Positions 23,781 through 31,870 of a stretch of DNA of 32,000 nt are shown piece by piece (positions within the stretch are counted from its first letter, which is position 1; every line of letters starts with the position of its first letter). The stretch is from contig NZ_JAYKGW010000171.1 of the NCBI RefSeq assembly GCF_035285525.1, positions 1 to 32,000 on the forward strand, given 5' to 3'. The DNA comes from Okeania sp. GTDB taxonomy: Bacteria > Cyanobacteriota > Cyanobacteriia > Cyanobacteriales > Microcoleaceae. A program made the position numbers and the translations under genes. A model generated the notes under the pieces. The model did not search any database, was not told the DNA's origin, and saw nothing but the letters and a program-made list of their open reading frames with translations.

Positions 23781-26162
23781 TTATTTCTCTTGCTCAACTT
23801 TAGTAATAGGGATTCGCATCGCATTAGAACTAGCTACCCCCAACCACTGAAAGTCATCAGTAACATAACCAATTTCAGCAATATAATCAACATAGCTAAC
23901 ATTGCCATTCCCATTGATAGTTATTTCTTTCTTCTGACTAGACTCTTCACAATTATACTGCTGCATATTATGAGGTTTTTGTGACTCTATATCAATGTCT
24001 GTAACATCTAATATGCGCAACTGGTATTGCTCTCCACCTTGTTGCTTGGCATCATCTTTCGCAGCTTGAGAAATTGCCCAATAAGCATAGACACTTTGAT
24101 TAGTACGAGGAACTATAATGACCCAACAGGATTTTAACCCCTCCTTAGAAATACCTACGGTTGTCTCAGTTCTATTTAGTTGTGTACTTTTGTCTTTAGT
24201 AAAATCTTGATTAGCTTTAGGTGCTGACATCCGCACTCGGTTTGAACGAGCTAACTTTAACCACTGACCATCATCTGTGACATAACCTATTTCTGCTTGA
24301 TATTCGCGATCGCTCACGATCGCAGGAACTTGCATTTGTGTCTGAGTAGACTCATCACAATCATAAGCTTGTACATTGCAAGCTGGTTTTGTATCTAGTA
24401 GTTCAATATCTGTAACATCATAAACTCGCAACTGACATTGTTCTCCTCCTTCTTCTTTCGCTTGATTTTGAGCAGTTTTAGAAACTTTCCAAACCACAGT
24501 CATTTTCTCTGTATCATCAGGAGTAATAGTAATTTGACTAGGAGATGATATCAATTTCCACCTTGTTGTAGGTCTAACTACTTTTTCTATTGCTGTGTTA
24601 GTCTCTTCACTGAGTTCTGCTTCTAAAATTAGCGATCGCTGAGAACGAGCTAAAACTAGCCAATGATCATTATTGGTAACATAACCTATTTCTGCTTGAT
24701 ATTCTTGATTAGTCAATAAGTTGCCTACTTGCCATTGCCGATCAGATTCTGCGCAATTATAATATTTGACATGATGAGCTGTTTGTGAGTCTAGGTCAAT
24801 ATCTGTAACATTATAAACTCGCAGTTGATATTGCTTACCCCCATGTAATTTGGCTGCATCTTTGTCTGTTTGTGGAACTAACCAAGTTACTGATGCTGTT
24901 TGATGAGGGTTGGGGATGAGAGTTATTTTACTATTTTTTTCTTGGTTTGCCCAGACTTTTACTAAATCTGCTTTGGCAGAAATACTATCAACATTTGTTC
25001 CTTTTTCCTCTTCTGAAATTGATTTTTCCCTAGAAATATCTGAACTTCTTTCAGTTGTTTCTGCTGAAGTTTCTACTAAATCTGCTTTGGCAGAAATACT
25101 ATCAACATCTGTTCCCTTTTCCTCTTCTGAAATTGGTTTTTCGGTAGAAATATCTGAACTTCTTTCAGTTGTTTCTGCTGAAGTTTCTACTAAATCTGCT
25201 TTGGCAGAAATACTATCAACATTTGTTCCCTTTTCCTCTTCTGAAATTGATTTTTCGGTAGAAATATCTGAACTTCTTTCAGTTGTTACTTCATAAGTTT
25301 CTACTAAATCTGCTTTGGCAGAAATACTATCAACATTTGTTCCCTTTTCCTCTTCTGAAATTGGTTTTTCCCTAGAAATATCTGAACTTCTTTCAGTTGT
25401 TGCTTCAGAAGTTTTTAATAAATTTCCTCTGAAAGCAATACTACCAATATCTGTCTTCTTTTCCTCTTGTGAAATTGGTTTTTCGGTAGAAATATCTGAA
25501 CTTCTTTCACTCGTTACTTCAGAAGTTTTTAATAAATTTCCTCTGAAAGCAATACTACCAATATCTGTCTTCTTTTCCTCTTCTGAAATTGGTTTTTTGG
25601 TAGAAATATCTGGAATTATTTCAGTTGTTTCTGCTGAAGTTTCTACTAAATCTGCTTTGGCAGAAATACTATCAACATTTGTTCCTTTTTCCTCTTCTGA
25701 AATTGATTTTTCGGTAGAAATATCTGCAGTTAATTTAGTTTTTTCATTACTATCTTCTAGAGTTTTAGTTGTTGCTATATCATTTGCTTCAACAACTTTA
25801 GTATCAGTAACAGAAGTTCCTTCTACTCCGACTGACTTATCTTTACCCCCTCTTAACACTCCCCATAATAATACTCCCAATAAAGGAGTTCCTAATAATA
25901 GTAATATCCAGCGAAGAGAATTTTTTTTTTCTATTATTTTATTGGCATTACCAGTAGGTGCTTGCAACAATATTGCCTCAGTTTTATTATTTAGACTAGG
26001 CAATAATTTAGATATTGGATACGTAGTATCTGAGTTGACAGATTTAGATAGAATAGTATTCTTTAACAAAGATATATTAGCAGCTGCTAAGGGTTTGGGA
26101 ATAGCAGTTAAGGTTAAAAATACTACTGATATTTGAAATAATTTTTTGCTAGATGAAGACAT
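23781..26162 (-). CDS. Signal/anchor protein with 7 x 38-aa acidic tandem repeats and three DUF4912-like C-terminal modules
   Basis: 793 aa. N-terminus is MSSSSKKLFQISVVFLTLTAIPKPLAAA, followed by a second hydrophobic helix WILLLLGTPLLGVLLWGVL. A repeat block DISTEKSISEEEKGTNVDSISAKADLVETSAETTERSS follows. Three ~110-aa modules then carry GG.QYQLRVYNVTDIDLD...Y.C.E......V.....EYQAEIGYVT.D..WL.LARS, which matches my recollection of DUF4912. Confidence 0.75.
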   Translation of the reverse strand: MSSSSKKLFQISVVFLTLTAIPKPLAAANISLLKNTILSKSVNSDTTYPISKLLPSLNNKTEAILLQAPTGNANKIIEKKNSLRWILLLLGTPLLGVLLWGVLRGGKDKSVGVEGTSVTDTKVVEANDIATTKTLEDSNEKTKLTADISTEKSISEEEKGTNVDSISAKADLVETSAETTEIIPDISTKKPISEEEKKTDIGSIAFRGNLLKTSEVTSERSSDISTEKPISQEEKKTDIGSIAFRGNLLKTSEATTERSSDISREKPISEEEKGTNVDSISAKADLVETYEVTTERSSDISTEKSISEEEKGTNVDSISAKADLVETSAETTERSSDISTEKPISEEEKGTDVDSISAKADLVETSAETTERSSDISREKSISEEEKGTNVDSISAKADLVKVWANQEKNSKITLIPNPHQTASVTWLVPQTDKDAAKLHGGKQYQLRVYNVTDIDLDSQTAHHVKYYNCAESDRQWQVGNLLTNQEYQAEIGYVTNNDHWLVLARSQRSLILEAELSEETNTAIEKVVRPTTRWKLISSPSQITITPDDTEKMTVVWKVSKTAQNQAKEEGGEQCQLRVYDVTDIELLDTKPACNVQAYDCDESTQTQMQVPAIVSDREYQAEIGYVTDDGQWLKLARSNRVRMSAPKANQDFTKDKSTQLNRTETTVGISKEGLKSCWVIIVPRTNQSVYAYWAISQAAKDDAKQQGGEQYQLRILDVTDIDIESQKPHNMQQYNCEESSQKKEITINGNGNVSYVDYIAEIGYVTDDFQWLGVASSNAMRIPITKVEQEK
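24961..25758 (-). repeat. Seven in-frame 114-bp tandem repeats (38 aa) inside ORF 23781-26162
   Basis: Unit starts recur every 114 bp at 24961, 25075, 25189, 25303, 25417, 25531 and 25645. There are two subtypes: actaaatctgctttggcagaaatactatcaacat and aataaatttcctctgaaagcaatactaccaatat. Confidence 0.9.
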
Positions 26163-26486
26163 TTTTATCCGGCTTTTAGGTTGGCAAAATTATAGTTAAA
26201 TTAATTTATAGAGATTAGTATTCAGTTTCAATTTAATACCAATTTCAAAAAAAAGAATGTTACGAAGATAACGGCGTTGATGACTTTAGCTATAATTTTG
26301 CTTTAATAGCAAGCAATATTGAAATTTCATAGCTTGATTCACCAACGGCCTAAAATTTCAGTTTACACCCGTTTAGTCCATTCCCTAACTATTTGGCCTC
26401 ATCAAAATATTAAATAATGTTGCGAACTTTAAGTTTTTAAGTTAAGTTATATTACATAGACTTGAAATAAAATCAAAATAATAGAT

Positions 26487-26633
26487 ATGGAAGAAAATCA
26501 AGGGAAAAAGTTAGGTTTTACTGAATTTGCAGAAACTTGGAATGGTCGCTTGGCAATGTTAGGTTTTATTATTGGTATAGCTACCGAATTTTTGACTGGC
26601 CAAAGCATCCTTTCTCAACTTGGTTTGATGTAA
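26487..26633 (+). CDS. hli: High-light-inducible protein (HLIP/Scp, CAB/ELIP/HLIP superfamily), 48 aa
   Basis: Not in the supplied ORF track because it is under 60 aa. The translation MEENQGKKLGFTEFAETWNGRLAMLGFIIGIATEFLTGQSILSQLGLM* contains the canonical chlorophyll-binding helix motif AE.WNGRLAMLGF......E. A perfect hairpin follows at 26651-26683. Confidence 0.85.
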   Translation: MEENQGKKLGFTEFAETWNGRLAMLGFIIGIATEFLTGQSILSQLGLM

Positions 26634-26650
26634 ACTAAACATTGCAAATT

Positions 26651-26683
26651 AGAAACCCGGTTTCTTAAAGAAACCGGGTTTCT
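26651..26683. terminator. Perfect 14-bp hairpin between convergent hli and cphA (possible bidirectional terminator)
   Basis: agaaacccggtttc-ttaaa-gaaaccgggtttct. It lies 18 nt after the hli stop and 89 nt after the cphA stop. No strong T-run flanks it on either side. Confidence 0.45.
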
Positions 26684-26771
26684 GTGAGGATTTCTGGTTG
26701 TCCCGATAATCTAGTCATCTAAAAGATGACTTAAGCTTTCAGCCAAGGAATTTATCCTTGGCAAGCTATGC

Positions 26772-29486
26772 TTAATGTGCCACCGAAGTCTTTAACTCTT
26801 CAGAAGAACTAGAAGACTCAATACCACCTTCAGGTAATTTAAGATCCTTAACCGGGTTACGAGCTTCTATTAAACTGATCGCTCGACTGACACTTTCTGG
26901 TAAAATCACTACCAAACTATCAGTAGAAGCTCTATCTAAAGCTGTATTAATAGCAGTTGTCTCATCTAAAATTGACTCATAACTCACTTTTGATTCAGAA
27001 TTTTTTGCCCGATCCAAAAATTGTTTCACACCCTCATCAATAAGTTGCGCAGCACTTCCTCTTGCTCTTCCCCTCGTATCATCATCTTCCTTGATAATAA
27101 TTTCATCAAAAATATCCGCTGCTAACTCACCCAGAGAAACAAAATCTTCATCACGGCGATCGCCAGGTCCTCCAACGACCCCGATCCTTTTGCCAGGCCA
27201 ATTTCTGACAAATCCACCTAATGCTTCATAACTAGCAGGATTATGAGCATAGTCTACCAAAGCATGATAACTACCCATATTAAACATATTCATCCGGCCT
27301 GGAGTTTGATCTACCGAAGCCACAAAACTTGACAAACCTTCCTGAATATGCTCTATTTTCACACCTTGAGTAAAAGCGGCCAAACAAGCTGTCAGAGCAT
27401 TAGCAATCATAAATGGAGCCTTACCAGCCATTGTAATTGGCACATTAGCTGCTTTTTCAATTCTTAAAGTCCAATCACCCTTCAAAATTGAAATATAGCC
27501 ATTCTCATAAACTGCTGCTAAACCCCCCGCTTCTGTATGTTTTACCAAGATTTCGTTATTTATATCCATTGAGAAATAAGCAACTTGACCCTTGACTTTC
27601 TCTGCCATTGCTGCTACCAATGGATCGTCAGCATTCAAAATTGCATATCCTTTCGGCATTACTGACTCAACTACTACACTTTTTAGTTGAGCTAATTGTT
27701 CAATAGTATCAATATCTCCAATACCCAAATGGTCAGCAGCTACATTTAATACTATTCCCACATCACAGGTAGAAAAACCTAAACCAGAACGCAAAATACC
27801 ACCCCGCGCCGTTTCTAACACCGCAACTTCTACCGTGGGGTCTGAAAGAATTAGACTAGCACTTTGAGGACCAGTATTATCTCCAGTTTCAGCCAAATAT
27901 TCACCAATATAAGTACCATCAGTAGTAGTATATCCCACTACTTGACCAGTTTGCTTCATAATATGAGCCAGTAGCCGAGTCGTAGTTGTCTTTCCGTTAG
28001 TACCAGTAACAGCCAAAATTGGTATTCGCCCATTTCTTAACCCAGGGAATAACATATCTATTACTGCCCCTGCCACATTTCTGGGCAAACCGCTACTAGG
28101 AGCAACGTGCATCCGAAAACCAGGAGCAGCATTAACTTCTATAATCACTCCATCTACCTCTCGCAATGGTTTAGAGATATCTTCAGTAACTACATCTATA
28201 CCTGCAATATCCAAACCTATTATTTTAGCAGCTCTAGATAATAACCAAGCATTTTCTGGGTGTATTTCATCAGTACGGTCTACTGCAATACCCCCAGTGC
28301 TGAGGTTAGCTGTTGCTCTTAAAAAGCAAATTTCTCCTGGTTTCGGTATAGAATCCATCCTATATCCTTGTCTTACCAAGATAGCAAGAGCAGATTTATC
28401 TACCGTAATTCTAGTCAGGACATTATCATGTCCATCGCCTCTTTGAGGATCTCTATTAATTTCTTCAATTAGTTCTGCTATTGTAGACTTGCCATCTCCG
28501 ACTACATGAGCTGGAACTCTTTCAGACACTGCCACAACCTTGCCATTAATCACTAACACTCGGTGGTCTTTACCCGTATAGTAACGTTCTACAATAACAG
28601 TTTTGGTTTTAGAAGCAGCACTAGCCAAATCATAAGCTGGTTCTGCCTCTTGCCAATTTCTCACATCTATGGTAATGCCACGACCATGATTTCCATCTAG
28701 AGGCTTAATCACAATAGGATATCCTCCCACTTCCTCAATGGCATCTTCCAGTTCATCTAAGTAGCGAGTAACTGTACCACGAGGTACTGGTATTCCTGCA
28801 TCTTGGAGAATTTTTTTAGTACCTTCTTTATCACAAGCAAGTTCTACCCCAAGAATCCCTGTTTGGTTGGTGAGAGTTGCCTGGATTCTTTTTTGATTCA
28901 CCCCATAACCAAACTGAATCATAAACCGAGCTGCTAGTTGAGTCCAAGGAATACCCCTTGCCTCTGCTTCTTTAACAATAGCTTCTGTACTTGGACCCAA
29001 AGAGCCTTTATTTTTTAATTCCTTGAGGTCTTCTAAATCTTGGTCTAATTCTATTAGAGGATATTTACCTGTATCAACAATACTTTGGCAAAGTCTTACT
29101 GCTGCTCGTGCTGCATAACGACCTGCTTTTTCATTCTCGTATTCTATTACTACCTGGAATATTCCTGGAGTAGATGTTTCCCTGGTTCTACCAAAACCAA
29201 CTGGCATTCCTGCTAGTTGTTGAAATTCTAAGGCCACATGTTCGACAACATGACCCATCAATGTTCCTTTTTCCACACGAGTGAGGAAACCACCCTTGAC
29301 TCCAGGGGAGCAATAGTGTTCTACCAGACTTGGTAGAGTTTCGATTAATCCTTTATAGAAACCAGGGATGTCTGATGTATATTTTTCGTAAAGGTCTTCT
29401 AAGTCTAGACGCATAACCACGAGTTTATGGTGGCGAATACTCCAGTAGTTAGGACCGCGTAATGTCTGCAGTTTGAGGATTTTCAT
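26772..29486 (-). CDS. cphA: Cyanophycin synthetase
   Basis: 904 aa. It has the characteristic N-terminus MKILKLQTLRGPNYWSIRHHKLVVMRLDLE, an ATP-grasp segment (GYPIVIKPLDGNHGRGIT) and a Mur-ligase-like segment (ILAVTGTNGKTTTTRL). It lies directly downstream of cphB on the same strand. Confidence 0.97.
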   Translation of the reverse strand: MKILKLQTLRGPNYWSIRHHKLVVMRLDLEDLYEKYTSDIPGFYKGLIETLPSLVEHYCSPGVKGGFLTRVEKGTLMGHVVEHVALEFQQLAGMPVGFGRTRETSTPGIFQVVIEYENEKAGRYAARAAVRLCQSIVDTGKYPLIELDQDLEDLKELKNKGSLGPSTEAIVKEAEARGIPWTQLAARFMIQFGYGVNQKRIQATLTNQTGILGVELACDKEGTKKILQDAGIPVPRGTVTRYLDELEDAIEEVGGYPIVIKPLDGNHGRGITIDVRNWQEAEPAYDLASAASKTKTVIVERYYTGKDHRVLVINGKVVAVSERVPAHVVGDGKSTIAELIEEINRDPQRGDGHDNVLTRITVDKSALAILVRQGYRMDSIPKPGEICFLRATANLSTGGIAVDRTDEIHPENAWLLSRAAKIIGLDIAGIDVVTEDISKPLREVDGVIIEVNAAPGFRMHVAPSSGLPRNVAGAVIDMLFPGLRNGRIPILAVTGTNGKTTTTRLLAHIMKQTGQVVGYTTTDGTYIGEYLAETGDNTGPQSASLILSDPTVEVAVLETARGGILRSGLGFSTCDVGIVLNVAADHLGIGDIDTIEQLAQLKSVVVESVMPKGYAILNADDPLVAAMAEKVKGQVAYFSMDINNEILVKHTEAGGLAAVYENGYISILKGDWTLRIEKAANVPITMAGKAPFMIANALTACLAAFTQGVKIEHIQEGLSSFVASVDQTPGRMNMFNMGSYHALVDYAHNPASYEALGGFVRNWPGKRIGVVGGPGDRRDEDFVSLGELAADIFDEIIIKEDDDTRGRARGSAAQLIDEGVKQFLDRAKNSESKVSYESILDETTAINTALDRASTDSLVVILPESVSRAISLIEARNPVKDLKLPEGGIESSSSSEELKTSVAH

Positions 29487-29499
29487 AAGAGAATTTGAA

Positions 29500-29565
29500 G
29501 ATAATTGATAATGGATAATTAATAATTAATAATTAATAATGAATAATTAATAATGAATAATTAGG
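29500..29565 (+). repeat. AT-only heptamer array (gataatt/aataatt/gaataat)
   Basis: gataattgataatggataattaataattaataattaataatgaataattaataatgaataatta lies directly upstream of the cphA start. An inverted short copy (cattatcaattatccatta) is at 29896-29914. Confidence 0.7.
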
Positions 29566-29600
29566 GTTTCTTGAATAAACTGTTTTTTCTCTTTGTAGCA

Positions 29601-29631
29601 GTCAGGAAGAATGGGAATTATAGAGAAAGTA
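29601..29631 (-). promoter_or_regulatory. Second copy of the 31-bp TATAAT-containing motif, upstream of cphA
   Basis: gtcaggaagaatgggaattatagagaaagta, with TATAAT on the - strand at 29617-29622. It lies 115 bp upstream of the cphA start, inside the cphB-cphA spacer. Confidence 0.35.
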
Positions 29632-29929
29632 TTCGGATATTTTATCCCTTTATTTTTCTTCCCTAATCAACCTAAAATCCTAACTAAATTTTTGATTACA
29701 AAGGTTTAAAAAATTGCACTTTTTTTCGTCCTCAAAAGGCTAATACTTTTACCTATTAATACTTTGAGAAAAATTCAGCAAACCCTAATTAGAGATAAGC
29801 AAGTCAAAAAATAAATTACACATTGAGCGAAGCTAAAATTATTACTGTGTAAACATGACAATTTGTCAATAATTTTGTGTAGGTGCTTATTTTTCATTAT
29901 CAATTATCCATTAACTAACAGAAATGCTA

Positions 29930-30802
29930 TTAGTCAAGAGGAATAATTGTTTCAGACAGTTCTGGTTTCATGGTATGAGAATTAAGATCGTAACTATCCC
30001 CATGACAAAGTATATGTAATCTGAGATTTGATAAACTCAAAGGAGCTTCTACCTCTACTTGGGCAGCATTTGTATAGGATATTTCTATCGGATCTATAAT
30101 TGTGACTGTGCCTTTACCCAAGACTTGAATTTGACCATCTTGTTCAAATAATGCACAAGTATCCTCATCTATCCCTATACCAACTTTGTCTGGGTGAGTA
30201 GCGATCGCGCTTAATAAACGGGCCATCCGATTCCGATTATGAAAATGTTGGTCTACTATTATTTGTGGCAATATAGCCAAACCATTGGTCATATCAACCA
30301 GAGACTTATTTGGTGAAGAGCCACTACCACCACCTGCTATCATGTGATAGCCCATAACTGCCGCCCCTGCACTTGTTCCGGCCAGGGCTATTTTACCCTC
30401 TAAAGTTTTAATTCTGATATTGTCCATCAAAGGGGTATCAGCGAGTAAGGCATAAAGACGCAGTTGGTCTCCTCCAGTCATAAATATTCCGGTACAATCT
30501 TCCAAATCTCTTAGCCAGATAGGGTCTTCTCCTTGATACCTTTCCCGGATGTCAAATATTGTAATATCAACAGCGCCCATATCCTGAAACACCCTACGGT
30601 ATCTATCTCCTTGAGCTGCTGGTTCCCTGGAAGCTGAAGGAATAATTCCTAGTTTGGCATCTCTTCCTCCGGCGCGATTAAAAAAAGTTCGTAGAATCTC
30701 TTTTCCATGAACTTTATCCTCCGCTCCTCCGATAACCATAATAGTTGTTTTTGTCGGACGTAATCTATTTATTTTTAAACCTTGAGGCTCTAACTGCATC
30801 AT
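29930..30802 (-). CDS. cphB: Cyanophycinase (S51 serine peptidase)
   Basis: 290 aa with VIGGAEDK, FMTGGDQLRL and the catalytic-serine motif LAGTSAGAAVMG. The gene is arranged as cphB-cphA. Confidence 0.95.
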   Translation of the reverse strand: MMQLEPQGLKINRLRPTKTTIMVIGGAEDKVHGKEILRTFFNRAGGRDAKLGIIPSASREPAAQGDRYRRVFQDMGAVDITIFDIRERYQGEDPIWLRDLEDCTGIFMTGGDQLRLYALLADTPLMDNIRIKTLEGKIALAGTSAGAAVMGYHMIAGGGSGSSPNKSLVDMTNGLAILPQIIVDQHFHNRNRMARLLSAIATHPDKVGIGIDEDTCALFEQDGQIQVLGKGTVTIIDPIEISYTNAAQVEVEAPLSLSNLRLHILCHGDSYDLNSHTMKPELSETIIPLD

Positions 30803-30913
30803 ATTATTGTTAATCTTGGACAGCAGATAAACATTTAATTTCGATTATTTTAATAATTCGTTATAATAGTAGACTATCTTATTATCTGGCAAGTCCCTAA
30901 ATTATCCTCTCTG

Positions 30914-30939
30914 GGATTTTTCCAAATTTTTTTGATTAG
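30914..30939 (+). repeat. 26-nt direct repeat, left copy (ggatttttccaaatttttttgattag)
   Basis: Repeated at 31071-31097 with one extra T. The pair flanks a 131-bp segment made of known dispersed-repeat pieces. Confidence 0.75.
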
Positions 30940-31070
30940 ATGTAGGTTGGGTTGAGGGAGGAAACCCAACCAGAATCTTTTTCCCCCTACGGAGGTTGCA
31001 TGGAACGTCTTTACTCACTCCCCTACTCCCTGATGCACCATTTTAGGTGTGTCAGTCTACTATGGAACTT

Positions 31071-31097
31071 GGATTTTTCCAAATTTTTTTTGATTAG
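31071..31097 (+). repeat. 27-nt direct repeat, right copy
   Basis: ggatttttccaaattttttttgattag. Confidence 0.75.
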
Positions 31098-31134
31098 TTA
31101 AGTTTATAAGTTTTGATGAAAAAATATTCTAATA

Positions 31135-31163
31135 CACCCCATCACCCCATCACCCCATCACCC
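31135..31163 (+). repeat. STRR-like heptamer array (caccccat x 4)
   Basis: caccccatcaccccatcaccccatcaccc, 15 bp upstream of the trmD GTG start. Confidence 0.75.
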
Positions 31164-31177
31164 TACAAATAAATGTC

Positions 31178-31870
31178 GTGCGATTTGATGTTATTACCCT
31201 ATTTCCAGACTTTTTTACCACACCTCTCAGCTCAGGTTTACTTGGTAAAGCTCTTAACAAAAATATTGCTCAGGTTAATCTAGTTAATCCCCGCGATTAT
31301 ACTGTAGATAAGTATAAAAAAGTTGATGATGAATCTTATGGTGGTGGAGTAGGAATGGTTTTAAAACCAGAACCTATATTTGCTGCTGTAGAATCATTGC
31401 CAACTCTTCCGCAACGAGAAGTTATTTTATTAACTCCCCAGGGAGAGAAAATGCACCAAAAGATGTTTCGGCATTTAGCCGCAGAGTATGAACAACTTGT
31501 TCTAATTTGTGGTCATTATGAAGGTATTGATGAAAGGGTAGAATATTTAGTGACTAAAGAAATATCCCTTGGAGATTTTGTTCTAACAAGTGGAGAAATA
31601 CCAGCTTTAGCTCTTATTAATGGAGTAGTTAGGTTACTTCCAGGAACTGTCGGCAAAGCTGAATCTTTAAAATGCGAAAGTTTTGAATCTGAATTACTTG
31701 ATTATCCTCATTACACCAGACCTGCTGATTTTCGTGGTTGGAAAGTACCAGAAGTTTTGCTTTCAGGACATCATGCAGAAATAGCAAAATGGCGTTATCA
31801 ACAACAAATTGAGAGAACAAAATCTCGTCGTCCAGACTTGCTTAAAAATAATGATAATGTAAGCAATTAG
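31178..31870 (+). CDS. trmD: tRNA (guanine37-N1)-methyltransferase
   Basis: GTG start giving MRFDVITLFPDFF. Motifs DESYGGGVGMVLKPEP, LICGHYEGIDERV and SLGDFVLTSGEIPALALINGVVRLLPG are present. Confidence 0.95.
   Translation: MRFDVITLFPDFFTTPLSSGLLGKALNKNIAQVNLVNPRDYTVDKYKKVDDESYGGGVGMVLKPEPIFAAVESLPTLPQREVILLTPQGEKMHQKMFRHLAAEYEQLVLICGHYEGIDERVEYLVTKEISLGDFVLTSGEIPALALINGVVRLLPGTVGKAESLKCESFESELLDYPHYTRPADFRGWKVPEVLLSGHHAEIAKWRYQQQIERTKSRRPDLLKNNDNVSN

Noticed and set aside
24910-26136. Two long plus-strand ORFs (24910-25296, 128 aa; 25315-26136, 273 aa) and a small one (23790-23984) opposite ORF 23781-26162.
   Set aside because: They are antisense to the 114-bp tandem repeats, and their own 'repeats' (SALAEILSTFVPFSSSEI..) merely mirror the periodicity. 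The minus-strand frame is continuous for 793 aa and contains recognisable signal, repeat and DUF4912-like modules.
30869-30882. NtcA-like site GTA-N8-TAT ~70 bp upstream of cphB.
   Set aside because: It departs from the GTA-N8-TAC consensus in the second half-site. I could not find a suitably spaced -10 (TAN3T) on the cphB strand. A single imperfect 6-of-6-position motif in AT-rich DNA is not evidence.
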